Below, piece after piece: positions 40,439-50,329 of a stretch of 64,000 bases of DNA; the stretch's first letter is position 1; each line of letters starts with the position of its first letter. Under the pieces are notes generated by a model that did not search any database, was not told the DNA's origin, and saw only the letters and a program-made list of their open reading frames with translations. This DNA comes from Candidatus Marinacidobacterales bacterium (GTDB lineage: Bacteria; Acidobacteriota; Vicinamibacteria; Marinacidobacterales; SMYC01): assembly GCA_965237955.1 (NCBI GenBank), contig OZ250169.1, positions 6,720,001-6,784,000 of the forward strand. Reading direction: 5' to 3'. Both the position numbers and the translations under genes were made by a program.

Positions 40439-42472
40439 ATGCTGCAGGATCTGGCCCTCTACACGGAGCTTTCGATCTTCCTCGTCGGCACGTTCATGTA
40501 CGGCTTCCTGACGCGCGAGCTTTTCCGCCAGCGCGCCATTCTTCCGGGCAACCGCCCCATCCGGGTTCTCGCGCTGAGCCTCACGATCTGGTACGCCGGC
40601 TCTCTTCTCGACGAGCTCGCAGCGATCCTGTTGCCGGGCCTGATTCCCGGATCGGCGTTCTGGTCAGCGGTGGGTCCCGCGGTCGACGTCGTGCGCGCGT
40701 TCGGTTTTCTGGCGAGCTTCTCGCTTCTCGCACACGCGATCTGGCGCATGGTCGATCCACGGGTCACCTGGCGCTGGCTTTCAATCTGCTACGTGAGCCT
40801 GTTCCTGTTTCTCCCGCCCGCGTTCGACATCTTGCGGGAGCGGCAGATGGTCCTGGCGAACGTCAGCCGCGACACCTACCAAGTGTTCCTTGGACACGTC
40901 ACGCTCACGACGCTCATCTCTGTGTGCCTCATCCTGTGGGCGCGATCGAAACAGATGCGTCGCGACCTGGCGCATTTCTTGCGTTGGCTTCTGGTGACGC
41001 TCGTCGTCGTGGAAGCGCTCGTGCTTCTCGGCGCCACCGTCATCGACGTATGGTCGGAGCCGTTGTGGCGCATTCTCGTTTCGTCGTCGGGCCTCGTTCT
41101 AGGGGTAACGTTTCTATACTTCGTGCGCGCTTACAACTTGCTGAGCTTGTCACTGTCCAACCGGAGTCTCCGTCACTTCGCGAGCATACTTGCTCTCCTC
41201 TTTTTGATACTGCTCGCGGGACCGGCTCTCGGTGCTTCCGGCAATCCGGTGTTTCACCGCGTGCTCGCGTGGGGTTTGCTGCTCGCGGTCTTGGCCGGAC
41301 TCGGGTTCGGTCCGATCACGCGGTGGGCGGTTCGACGATCGCCACGGATGGCACGTCTTTTCGGCCGCAGCATTTCCCGAGACGATGTCTCTGAGCTCAC
41401 CGAAAAACTGCAGGACCTGAACCTCTCCGAGGATGACGCCAAGCAACTGGTTGCTTCTGAAGTCGGTCGCTGGGTCGGCGCCGCAACACGTTTCCTGAAC
41501 ACACCCGAACCGAGTGCGATAGTCCTGTGGTCGTATTTCGGAGAAGCGGGAACACGGGCGTTCAACCGGCTGCGGGCACCCACGGTCGTTGTTGCCGACG
41601 CACTCGTAGCCGGCGAGCTACACGCGGTCTTCCCCATCCGTGTCGGTGGCAACCTCGAAGCCGTGTTCACGATCCCGTCGAGTGCGGTCGGCGGCGGCTA
41701 CGAAGACGGCGAGATGGAGAGCATCCAGCTCGTGTTGAGCCAGCTCGCCGCCGTGATCGAGATCCGGCGCCTCCTCGAAGCACGACTCGCCGCGGAGCGA
41801 AGCCAAGCCGAGCAGGAACGGTTGTCGATGCTCGGAATGGTCTCCGCGTCTCTCGCGCACGAGCTGAAGAATCCTTTGTCATCAATGAAAGCGCTCGCGC
41901 AAACCGTGCAAGAGGAGCTCTCACGCGACGACGCGGACAGCGAGCAAGCAAAGGATCTCGGGCTCATCGTCGAGCAAGTCGACCGGTTGAACAGCATCGC
42001 TCGTGAAGTTCTCGGGTTTTCGAAGCCGGGGGCAAGCGCGGAATCGACCGAGCTCGCGTCGATCATCGAGTCCGCCGCGTATGTGCTCGACCACGAAGCA
42101 CGGCGTCGTGGCATAACGATCGACCTCGACGCGGTTACCGGCAAAAGCGATGCTCCCGGTGCTCCGTCCACGTGGCAAACGGTTGTGTTCAACTTGATGC
42201 TGAACGCCATCCGCCACGCGCCGGACGGCTCGACGGTGCGCTTGCGACTGTCGCGCAACAGCGACAACATCCTGTTCGAATGTGAGAACCAAGGCCCTGC
42301 CATCGAAGAGGACGTGGCGTCGCGGCTCTTCGATCCCTTTGTCACCGGAGCGAGCGGAACCGGGCTCGGCCTCGCTCTCGTCGACCGACGCGTCCGAGAG
42401 ATCGGCGGTGTCATCGAGCTCGTCAACGAGCCCGACCACATCGTCTTCCGAGTCAAGGTTCGAACGCTATGA
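40439..42472 (+). CDS. multi-TM sensor histidine kinase
   Basis: About 9 N-terminal TM helices, GAF-like linker, LAHELKNPL, NLMLNA, GTGLGL. Confidence 0.92.
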   Translation: MLQDLALYTELSIFLVGTFMYGFLTRELFRQRAILPGNRPIRVLALSLTIWYAGSLLDELAAILLPGLIPGSAFWSAVGPAVDVVRAFGFLASFSLLAHAIWRMVDPRVTWRWLSICYVSLFLFLPPAFDILRERQMVLANVSRDTYQVFLGHVTLTTLISVCLILWARSKQMRRDLAHFLRWLLVTLVVVEALVLLGATVIDVWSEPLWRILVSSSGLVLGVTFLYFVRAYNLLSLSLSNRSLRHFASILALLFLILLAGPALGASGNPVFHRVLAWGLLLAVLAGLGFGPITRWAVRRSPRMARLFGRSISRDDVSELTEKLQDLNLSEDDAKQLVASEVGRWVGAATRFLNTPEPSAIVLWSYFGEAGTRAFNRLRAPTVVVADALVAGELHAVFPIRVGGNLEAVFTIPSSAVGGGYEDGEMESIQLVLSQLAAVIEIRRLLEARLAAERSQAEQERLSMLGMVSASLAHELKNPLSSMKALAQTVQEELSRDDADSEQAKDLGLIVEQVDRLNSIAREVLGFSKPGASAESTELASIIESAAYVLDHEARRRGITIDLDAVTGKSDAPGAPSTWQTVVFNLMLNAIRHAPDGSTVRLRLSRNSDNILFECENQGPAIEEDVASRLFDPFVTGASGTGLGLALVDRRVREIGGVIELVNEPDHIVFRVKVRTL

Positions 42473-43857
42473 GCAAAATCAATGCCCACATCCTCGTGTG
42501 CGACGACGAGCCTTCGGCCCGCCGGGGTGCGATCCGCGCTCTCGGCAAAGACTACGCCTGCGTCGAGTGCGCGAACGGCGTCGAGTGCCTCGATGCGCTG
42601 AGCCACGAGACGTTCGATATCGTGCTCCTCGACATGCGCATGCCGGTCATGGACGGCCAGACGGCGCTCGAGGAGATCAGGTCGCGCCCCTCGCCGCCTC
42701 CCGTCGTCGTTATTACTGCGGATTTTGGCCTCGCGACCGCGATTGCTGCGGTGAAGGCGGGCGCCGAGAACTTCATCGCCAAGCCGTACGAGATTGACGC
42801 GCTTCGCCACGTCGTTCAGAAGACGCTCGAGCAGAACCGTTTGAAGCGCGAGAACCGCCACCTCGAGGAAGAAGTTCGACGCCTTCGGGGACCGGGCCCG
42901 TTGATCGGCGCATCGAACGCGATCCGTCGCGTCCTCGACACGATCGACCGCGTGGCTCCGGCGACGGCGACAGTGCTCATCCTCGGCGAAAGCGGCACCG
43001 GGAAAGAGCTAGTCGCGCGCCGGATCCACGAACTCTCGAGTGCTGCCGGCGGTCCGTTCGTGACCGTGAACTGCTCCGCGATCCCGGATACGCTCGTCGA
43101 AAGCGAGCTCTTCGGGCACAAGAAAGGCGCGTTCACGGGAGCGGACCGAGATCGCGCCGGCAAGTTTCAAGAAGCGCACCGCGGCACGCTTTTTCTCGAC
43201 GAGATCGGCGACATGGCGCTCGACGCCCAAGCGAAGCTCCTTCGAGTCCTTCAGGAAGGTGAAGTCGAACCCTTGGGCGGCGGCAAGACGGTAAGAGTGG
43301 ACGTGCGCGTAGTCGCGGCAACCCATCGCGACCTGAAACAACGCGTCGAAGAAGGGACGTTCCGCGAAGACTTGCTCTTCCGACTGAAGGTCGTCGACGT
43401 GCCGATGCCGCCGCTTCGTGAGCGTGCCGGCGACATTGCGATCCTCGCACGGCATTTCCTCGCGAGTTTCGGGAACGGGAAGCTCGAGCTCTCCCCCGAG
43501 GCGGAAGCGTTGCTCACCGCCTACGGATGGCCGGGAAACGTGAGAGAGCTTCGAAACGCGAGCGAGCGAGCATCGATCTTTTGTCGTGACAATGTCGTCC
43601 GTCCGGAAGATCTACCGCAAGAAGTCGGAGGCGTCTCGGCACCGGCAGCATCGGCGCTCACATGGGATCCCACCGACAACTTCCAAACGGCGAAGCAGAA
43701 AATCGTCGAGCGCTTCGAGCGCGACATCCTCACCACCGCTCTCGAAAAGCATGGTGGTAACATCTCGAAGGCGGCACGCGCACTCGGGCTGCACCGTCAG
43801 AACTTGCAGCAGAAATTGCGCCAGCTCGAAATCTCAGCCGAGACGTTTCGTACCTAA
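42469..43857 (+). CDS. sigma54-dependent response regulator (NtrC/ZraR type)
   Basis: REC, GESGTGKE, ESELFGH..GAFTGA, LFLDEIG, WPGNVREL and a Fis-type HTH. Confidence 0.96.
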   Translation: MSKINAHILVCDDEPSARRGAIRALGKDYACVECANGVECLDALSHETFDIVLLDMRMPVMDGQTALEEIRSRPSPPPVVVITADFGLATAIAAVKAGAENFIAKPYEIDALRHVVQKTLEQNRLKRENRHLEEEVRRLRGPGPLIGASNAIRRVLDTIDRVAPATATVLILGESGTGKELVARRIHELSSAAGGPFVTVNCSAIPDTLVESELFGHKKGAFTGADRDRAGKFQEAHRGTLFLDEIGDMALDAQAKLLRVLQEGEVEPLGGGKTVRVDVRVVAATHRDLKQRVEEGTFREDLLFRLKVVDVPMPPLRERAGDIAILARHFLASFGNGKLELSPEAEALLTAYGWPGNVRELRNASERASIFCRDNVVRPEDLPQEVGGVSAPAASALTWDPTDNFQTAKQKIVERFERDILTTALEKHGGNISKAARALGLHRQNLQQKLRQLEISAETFRT

Positions 43858-43961
43858 GACAGACCCGATAAGAGCGACGACGGACTCAAGCGCGAGCTCA
43901 CGTCGTTCCAGCAGGCCATGATCACCATCGGCGGCATTGTTGGTGTCGGAGAGGACAACGG

Positions 43962-45134
43962 ATGGCTACCTCGCATCCTCGACCTGAAGCTTCCGGATGG
44001 TTTGCCCTCGGCGCCGTTGCCGTCGTCGCCGTTCTCTAAGGTATCGGTGCGGTTTACTTTTTCGTGCAGGAGAGATGGGCGCGCTCCCCGTCTCGAGCCG
44101 AGACACGATCGCTCACCGAGCTACATCACCCTGAGGCGGTTCTCGGAATCCTTCGCGAGCACAGCGACGGCGTCTACCCGAACGAGCTCCGCCCCGCCTT
44201 GGCCCGCGCTTTGGAATCGGCTCCTTCCTTCTATCAAGGCCCGCTCTTTTACGCCGACTTCCTCGCGCAACGTCGGGAAGAGCCCCGACGGGTCCGCGCG
44301 CTGTTCGAGATCGCGGTGCGTCGCTTCCCAACGAACGGACGGATCCACCTCGCCTACGCGGAGTGGCTTCTCGACGCGCGAGGCGACCTGGCGGCGATCA
44401 CCGTTTTCGACGGAACCGATCCTCTACCCCTCGCGGAGTCGCACGTGCGGAAAGCACTCGCGCTCGAGCCCGAGTTGTCAATGCGCGCCCTGGCCGCGCT
44501 CTCCTTGCATCGCATACCGCCGGAGCGTTGGAAGAGCGTGATGCCTCGGCACGCGAGTGCCGATCGCGCTCTCGTTCTCGCGCTCCGACAAGCCGGTCAT
44601 CGCGAGCAAGCGCTGGAAGCGCTGCGAGCACTCGTCGCATCGACGACCCAGGCAGAGCTGCTAATCGCGGCGGCAGGCTGGGCTCTCGACTGGGAAGCTC
44701 CCGGGCTCGCTCTCAAGGCTGGCCGTCGCGTCTCGAGAGACGCAACCAGCGCATCCCTCGTGCGGGTGACGTTGCTGGTCGCACGTGCTCACTGGGCACT
44801 AGACGCGCCCGACGCCGCCTACGATGCGTTCAAGGACACGCTCCGGGCGATTGAAAGCCGAGCCGGTGTCCAAGACACCGCACTGCTCGAACTCCTGTGC
44901 GCGGCCGGCGACCAGTACCTGCGACGCGGAGAGCTGCTCGTCGCTGAGAGCTTCTACACAGAGGCCGTCTTGCGACACGACGGATTCGTTCCCGCTGCAC
45001 TCGGGCTGGGACGAATCTATCGCCGACAAAACGATCGGAAGGCCGCGATCGAGCAGTACGAAAAGGTGCTTCGACTCGACATCGACAACGATTCTGCGAG
45101 GCGCGAGCTTGAAGAGCTCCAGCACACACGATGA
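43962..45134 (+). pseudogene. membrane-anchored TPR protein with an in-frame TAA at 44037-44039
   Basis: RBS and ATG 43962; TM segment WFALGAVAVVAVL*GIGAVYFF is in frame with ORF 44064-45134; C-terminal TPRs. Confidence 0.65.
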
Positions 45135-46729
45135 TCGCAATCGTTCTCGTTATTCTCATTCTCGTGGTCGTCGTCATGGGCAGGGGAGGCTACGAGCCTT
45201 GGGCCGCGTTAGCTCTGGAGCTCGGGGCGGCCGGGTGCGCGATTGCGGTCGTTTTTGTGTCGAGCTTTCTCGGCAACGAACGGAACAACCTGCTCGAGCA
45301 GCATCTCGCCTGGAAGGAACTGCCGTGGACCTTTCGGCATCCCTTCTGGTCGCGTCTCACCGGCACCGGGCGTCGTGCGCGCAGGAGCGACGTCGAAATC
45401 CTGACGCCAGTGGCGATAGTGCCGACGAGGCACACGCTGTTGTTCGGGATGCCGTTTCGACGAACAGGGCTCAGCGCGCCTTTGTGCTTGCTGACGCTTT
45501 GGATCGGTCTCTCCGTCATTCCATTCGAGCGCGGTGTCCTCGAGGTCCTGTCACCCGAAGCCCATGCGCTGCGCTCCGAGGTTGAGGCATTCACCGCCGA
45601 CGCAGCTCCGCGGGCGCCAATGAGTCTCGTTCCGTTTCTGACGCTGCGAGCTCTCTGGTTATGGCTGGCATATCTGGTGTTCTTCTATGCGGGCTTTTCG
45701 ATTTCGAAGCGCAGGGATGGTATCCGCCGGCTCACGAGCGGTCTCATTATGTTCGGAGCGTTTCTTGCGGCGATGGGTCTCGTGTCGTCTCTAGTCGGCT
45801 GGCGTCATCTCCTCGGAGATACGACGGCTGAGATACAGCTCCGTGCGGCCGCGGGTTTTGGCAATCCGAATCACTACGCAGCGTTACTTTGTATGATCTT
45901 TTTCTGTGGGCTCGGAGCTCTCATCGCTTCCCGGCGAGACTTCGAGCCAGGAAGATCGCGGTCTCGTTCTTCAAGCCTGCGCATTCGACACCAGGAGGAT
46001 CTAGCGAAGACGATCATCATCGGCGTGGCGCTCGTTCTCGTCGCCCTCGGCATTTTGTTCTCTCTCTCCCGCTCTGCCATCGCTTTCACTATGTTGACGA
46101 CGGCTCTCTTTGTTGTATTCACGCGGCGTGGCAACGGTAGCCCCGCGAAAGCCGTTGTCGGAATCGTCTTACTCGCAACCCTGGCTCTCGCGGTCTGGAT
46201 CGGAATCGGTCCGGTGTTCGAACGTTTTGAAAAACTATCCGGGAGACTGGAAATCGACATGAGCCGTCGCCAAGTCGTCGTCGACACCTTGCCGGCGGCG
46301 GTTGATTTCTGGATCACCGGGTCCGGTCTGGGCTCCTATCGCTATATTACCGCGCAGTACCGCAGCTTTCCTGGCCGCATATTCTACTCGTGGGCCCACA
46401 ACGATTACCTTCAGCTGCTCGTGGAGCTCGGCGTGTTCGGGCTCGTTCTCCTGCTCTGGACGATGGCTCGGATCGTGGCGCTCGGGCGGCGCACCCGCGA
46501 AAGGCTCGCGTCACACTCTGCCCTGGCGCACCTCCACGCGGGCTATATCTGCGCGGCGATTGCCATCGCCCTCCACAGCTTCACGGATTTCAGCCTGCAC
46601 CTCCCCGCCAATTTCATGTTGCTTTCGATCGTCGTGGGCGTCGTCGTAGGGATGGAGCCTGCCGCGCCTACTGGTCGAGCGGACTCGCCTCAACATCGCT
46701 GGTCGCAGCCACAACGAGTTCACGAGTAG
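45131..46729 (+). CDS. O-antigen ligase (Wzy_C) family protein
   Basis: FGNPNHYA, SLSRSA, GSGLGSY, AHNDYLQLLVELG and HSFTDF motifs. Confidence 0.9.
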   Translation: MIAIVLVILILVVVVMGRGGYEPWAALALELGAAGCAIAVVFVSSFLGNERNNLLEQHLAWKELPWTFRHPFWSRLTGTGRRARRSDVEILTPVAIVPTRHTLLFGMPFRRTGLSAPLCLLTLWIGLSVIPFERGVLEVLSPEAHALRSEVEAFTADAAPRAPMSLVPFLTLRALWLWLAYLVFFYAGFSISKRRDGIRRLTSGLIMFGAFLAAMGLVSSLVGWRHLLGDTTAEIQLRAAAGFGNPNHYAALLCMIFFCGLGALIASRRDFEPGRSRSRSSSLRIRHQEDLAKTIIIGVALVLVALGILFSLSRSAIAFTMLTTALFVVFTRRGNGSPAKAVVGIVLLATLALAVWIGIGPVFERFEKLSGRLEIDMSRRQVVVDTLPAAVDFWITGSGLGSYRYITAQYRSFPGRIFYSWAHNDYLQLLVELGVFGLVLLLWTMARIVALGRRTRERLASHSALAHLHAGYICAAIAIALHSFTDFSLHLPANFMLLSIVVGVVVGMEPAAPTGRADSPQHRWSQPQRVHE

Positions 46730-47617
46730 CGGCCGCGGCGCCACCCAACACGAGGAGGACTCCCGGCGTAGCTAGTCCGCCCCCAACAGCTCCGCCCGCC
46801 GCCGCCGCCGACGTCACGATACCGGCGGAGCTGACGAACGCGCTAATGCCGACTGCCTGAAAACCCGCCGGGACCGCGGGGGCGCCTGGCGATACTGCGT
46901 TCACGACAATTCCTGGATTCGAGCCGGTGAACCATGCGATGGGCGCACGTCGTTGGCACTCGCCGGCGGTCTCGACGACAGCAACGAACTCTTCGGTGCG
47001 CACCGAGTCGAATGCACGGTCGATGGCTTCGACGTAGTAGTGGATGCTCGTCGTATCCGCAGAGGCTTTCGGAAGCACGCCATAGAATTTGCCATCCTCG
47101 TGAGAGATGGACATGTCCACGAAGTAGAGATCGGGATGCTGGGCCGCGCGGAAGAACAAACGCGCGAGCTGGACGTTGGCCCACGGCTCGATCTCGGCGT
47201 TCAACATCGGAAACTCGTCACCCGGCATGCATTCGAGTGGCTCGTGTTCGATGGTCGGGAGAGCGGTAGACGACTGGATCCGATCGGAGGAAAACGGCTC
47301 CGGGACGAGAAAGCGTTGTGCGCCTAACGTAACGACCCGCGCCTCGGGAACGAACGGCGTCCGACAGTCACGCTCAGCTCGATACGCCCGCTTCGCACCC
47401 GCGTCGACCTCGAAACAGCTCTCGAGAACGAACGGCATGCCAACACGCACATCGAAGACCTCATCGACGTCATACGTGGCGCCGTCATCCGAGATGCGAA
47501 ACGCGTACATGCCAGCCGGGAGTCGCGATACGAAAAACGTTCCGGCCGAATCCGTCGTAGCCTCGAAACGCTCGCCCGTCGTGAGCGAGCGAGCCTCGAC
47601 CGTCATCTCCCCGAGGG
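46661..47617. repeat. 957-bp direct duplication of 49088-50044
   Basis: Constant 2427-bp offset, about four substitutions seen, identical shadow ORFs in the ORF track. Confidence 0.95.
46668..47617 (-). pseudogene. 5'-truncated copy of the secreted protein gene 49095-50183
   Basis: Near-identical from LGEMTVEAR onward; signal peptide missing. Confidence 0.85.
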
Positions 47618-47827
47618 ACCATCGACTTGAATCAACGCAGTCGACTTGTAGAGCGGCGTTTGTACGAAGGCCAGGATCGCCGCGTCGAGCCAAGTCGCGA
47701 GCGCGACGGCGAACACGATCCACCGCCTTTTGAGAACCGTGTAGTAGTAGGAGTGGATGGTGACTTGGGGCTCGGCGTTGCAAGCGAGCTCTTCCCGGGA
47801 GGCATGCTGAGCGGATTGAACGGTCAT
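47618..47827 (-). pseudogene. N-terminal fragment of a Wzz/Wzc polysaccharide co-polymerase
   Basis: IHSYYYTVLKRRWIV...FVQTPLYKSTALIQVD is the Wzz N-terminal pattern; it breaks off at the duplication junction. Confidence 0.75.
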
Positions 47828-47870
47828 CTATCCTCTCTCCGATCGGAAGCCGAACTAAGAAAAGTGGCCA

Positions 47871-47895
47871 TGGCTCCTCAGCAGGGATTCGAGTC
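47871..47895 (-). other. tRNA-Asn-like 3' fragment (att-site remnant)
   Basis: Minus strand GACTCGAATCCCTGCTGAGGAGCCA = T-loop, T-stem, acceptor arm, G discriminator, CCA; no 5' half. Confidence 0.5.
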
Positions 47896-48105
47896 ACGGA
47901 GGCGGCTGAGCAGGTTCCTCTCCCCCACGCGGGTCAATGATTCCAGCTTGGAGAAGGCCAGAAACCCGAAGGTGCCCTTGATTACTAATCTTCTTATTAA
48001 TCGCTCTAATCTTTGAGAACTTTAGTTTTCGGCAGTTCTTTTTTTCTACTTTCTTATAGGGTGGCAAATGGAGTTGTACTCACGGATCACACGGAGTACA
48101 CGGAC

Positions 48106-49085
48106 GGCGTGCATGAATCAGTTCGGGACACGCACGGAACCCTTTGGCGGCCCAACTCTCTCCCCGGCGATCGCTTGGGATTCAGGCTTACCCAGCTCAG
48201 CCATCCGGTTCAATACATTGCACCCGATCCTTGCCTCCCGCTTCTGCGATTCGTGGCCGCGCGCGAGAAGGCTGTTTCCGAGCGTGCGCTTGTACCTGAA
48301 GAAAAGATTCTCGACGGCGCCCTGTCGTCGATACCCTGACTCCCGCTGCCAGCCTTGGCGCCCGACTTTGCGAATCGTCTCCAGGGTCGCGTTCCGCTGC
48401 GCCCACGTGCCCTCGGCGCCGTCCGAAGGCACCGCCCCTCGTCGAGGTGGGATCACGATCTTGATGTCCGCGGTGCCGACCCCACCGAGCAGCTCGTACA
48501 CCGACCGAGTATCGTAGGCCCCATCGGCTGTGAAACGTCGGATCGGAGAGTCGACCTGTTCGAGCAGACAGGGGGACAGTGGACGGATCGTCCTCGCTGC
48601 TCTTCGTGCGCGTCGCCGCCACGATGAAGCCGTCGTCATCCACGCCGACATGCAGCTTCCGCCATTGTCGACGCGCCTTCGAGCTCTTGTGCCTGTGGAC
48701 GTGCCGCTCACCGGCACCCGAGAGTTTGAGTCCTTTCGAGTCGACGATCAGATGGAACGCGCCATCATGCGCTCTGGTGGGGAAGGCACGTCAACGCCGT
48801 CACGATTGCCAGATTCGAGTAGCGCGGCTGGCCACCGCGGCGGCGGTTCTTCGGTGGTGTCCACGCTGCGCGCGCCTCGTCTGAGAACCAAACGGTGATG
48901 TCGCCACGGCTCCTGAGGCCACGCTCGTACTCCCGCCAGTTGGTCACGCGATACTTCGTCTTGTATTCGCGGTTCACTCTGGTGGACTTGCGCGCAGCCA
49001 TGGGTTCATCTCCTCGATATTCGATGTATCGAGAAGCTCAGTCGAAGCGGTTGCCGGAGTCAAGAGCTATTCGTGCACCAAAGCC
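48106..49085 (-). mobile_element. IS5-family (IS903 group) element with a degraded transposase
   Basis: End GGCTTTGGTGCACGAAT at 49085, partial other end GTGCATGAAT; YRVTNWREYERGLRSRGDITVWF, ADGAYD and GYRRQGAVENLFFRYK lie in broken frames (49001-48118). Confidence 0.85.
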
Positions 49086-49094
49086 CCGCCGCGC

Positions 49095-50183
49095 CTACTG
49101 GTCGGGCGGACTCGCCTCAACATCGCTGGTCGCAGCCACAACGAGTTCACGAGTAGCGGCCGCGGCGCCACCCAACACGAGGAGGACTCCCGGCGTAGCT
49201 AGTCCGCCCCCAACAGCTCCGCCCGCCGCCGTCGCCGACGTCACGATACCGGCGGAGCTGACGAACGCGCTAATGCCGACTGCCTGAAAACCCGCCGGGA
49301 CCGCGGGGGCGCCTGGCGATACTGCGTTCACGACAATTCCTGGATTCGAGCCGGTGAACCATGCGATGGGCGCACGTCGTTGGCACTCGCCGGCGGTCTC
49401 GACGACAGCAACGAACTCTTCGGTGCGCACCGAGTCGAATGCACGGTCGATGGCTTCGACGTAGTAGTGGATGCTCGTCGTATCCGCAGAGGCTTTCGGA
49501 AGCACGCCATAGAATTTGCCATCCTCGTGAGAGATGGACATGTCCACGAAGTAGAGATCGGGATGCTGGGCCGCGCGGAAGAACAAACGCGCGAGCTGGA
49601 CGTTGGCCCACGGCTCGATCTCGGCGTTCAACATCGGAAACTCGTCACCCGGCATGCATTCGAGTGGCTCGTGTTCGATGGTCGGGAGAGCGGTAGACGA
49701 CTGGATCCGATCGGAGGAAAACGGCTCCGGGACGAGAAAGCGTTGTGCGCCTAACGTAACGACCCGCGCCTCGGGAACGAACGGCGTCCGACAGTCACGC
49801 TCAGCTCGATACGCCCGCTTCGCACCCGCGTCGACCTCGAAACAGCTCTCGAGAACGAACGGCATGCCAACACGCACATCGAAGACCTCATCGACGTCAT
49901 ACGTGGCGCCGTCATCCGAGATGCGAAATGCGTACATGCCAGCCGGGAGTCGCGATACGAAAAACGTTCCGGCCGAATCCGTCGTAGCCTCGAAACGCTC
50001 GCCCGTCGTGAGCAAGCGAGCCTCGACCGTCATCTCCCCGAGGGGCGCGTGCGACGACCGGTCCACGATGCGTCCGCCGAGCATCCCCACGACGTCCACG
50101 GCCCCGCCCTCGGCGCCAGCGCGCCCCGCCAGCAGCGGAAGAATCGACAAGACGATCCAAGCGTTCGAAAAATATCTCTTCAT
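49095..50183 (-). CDS. secreted protein with a carboxypeptidase-regulatory-like domain and C-terminal hydrophobic anchor
   Basis: AAGGAGG RBS, signal peptide, G.IVD...TTDSAG.F....LPAG.Y, Gly/Ala-rich TM tail. Confidence 0.8.
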   Translation of the reverse strand: MKRYFSNAWIVLSILPLLAGRAGAEGGAVDVVGMLGGRIVDRSSHAPLGEMTVEARLLTTGERFEATTDSAGTFFVSRLPAGMYAFRISDDGATYDVDEVFDVRVGMPFVLESCFEVDAGAKRAYRAERDCRTPFVPEARVVTLGAQRFLVPEPFSSDRIQSSTALPTIEHEPLECMPGDEFPMLNAEIEPWANVQLARLFFRAAQHPDLYFVDMSISHEDGKFYGVLPKASADTTSIHYYVEAIDRAFDSVRTEEFVAVVETAGECQRRAPIAWFTGSNPGIVVNAVSPGAPAVPAGFQAVGISAFVSSAGIVTSATAAGGAVGGGLATPGVLLVLGGAAAATRELVVAATSDVEASPPDQ

Positions 50184-50329
50184 GACAGCCCTCCTTGCGG
50201 GAGCGGCAGAACTCCGTTGACAAAACCCGAACCCGCTTCCAGAATGAAACAAGACCAGCGAACTTTCGAACATCACACAACACCGTTTACCTGAAGCGCC
50301 GAACCGCCTCGGCGCAAGAACCGCGGACC

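Noticed and set aside
46668-47897. 409-aa ORF with a novel N-terminus
   Set aside because: The N-terminal part is out-of-frame wzc sequence joined at a deletion junction.
47820-47960. Complete tRNA gene
   Set aside because: Only the 3' ~25 nt are tRNA-like; no D-arm, anticodon arm or 5' acceptor strand.
46661-50044. Diversity-generating retroelement template/variable repeat pair
   Set aside because: The repeat is ~1 kb with few substitutions that are not consistently adenine-specific, and no reverse transcriptase is present.
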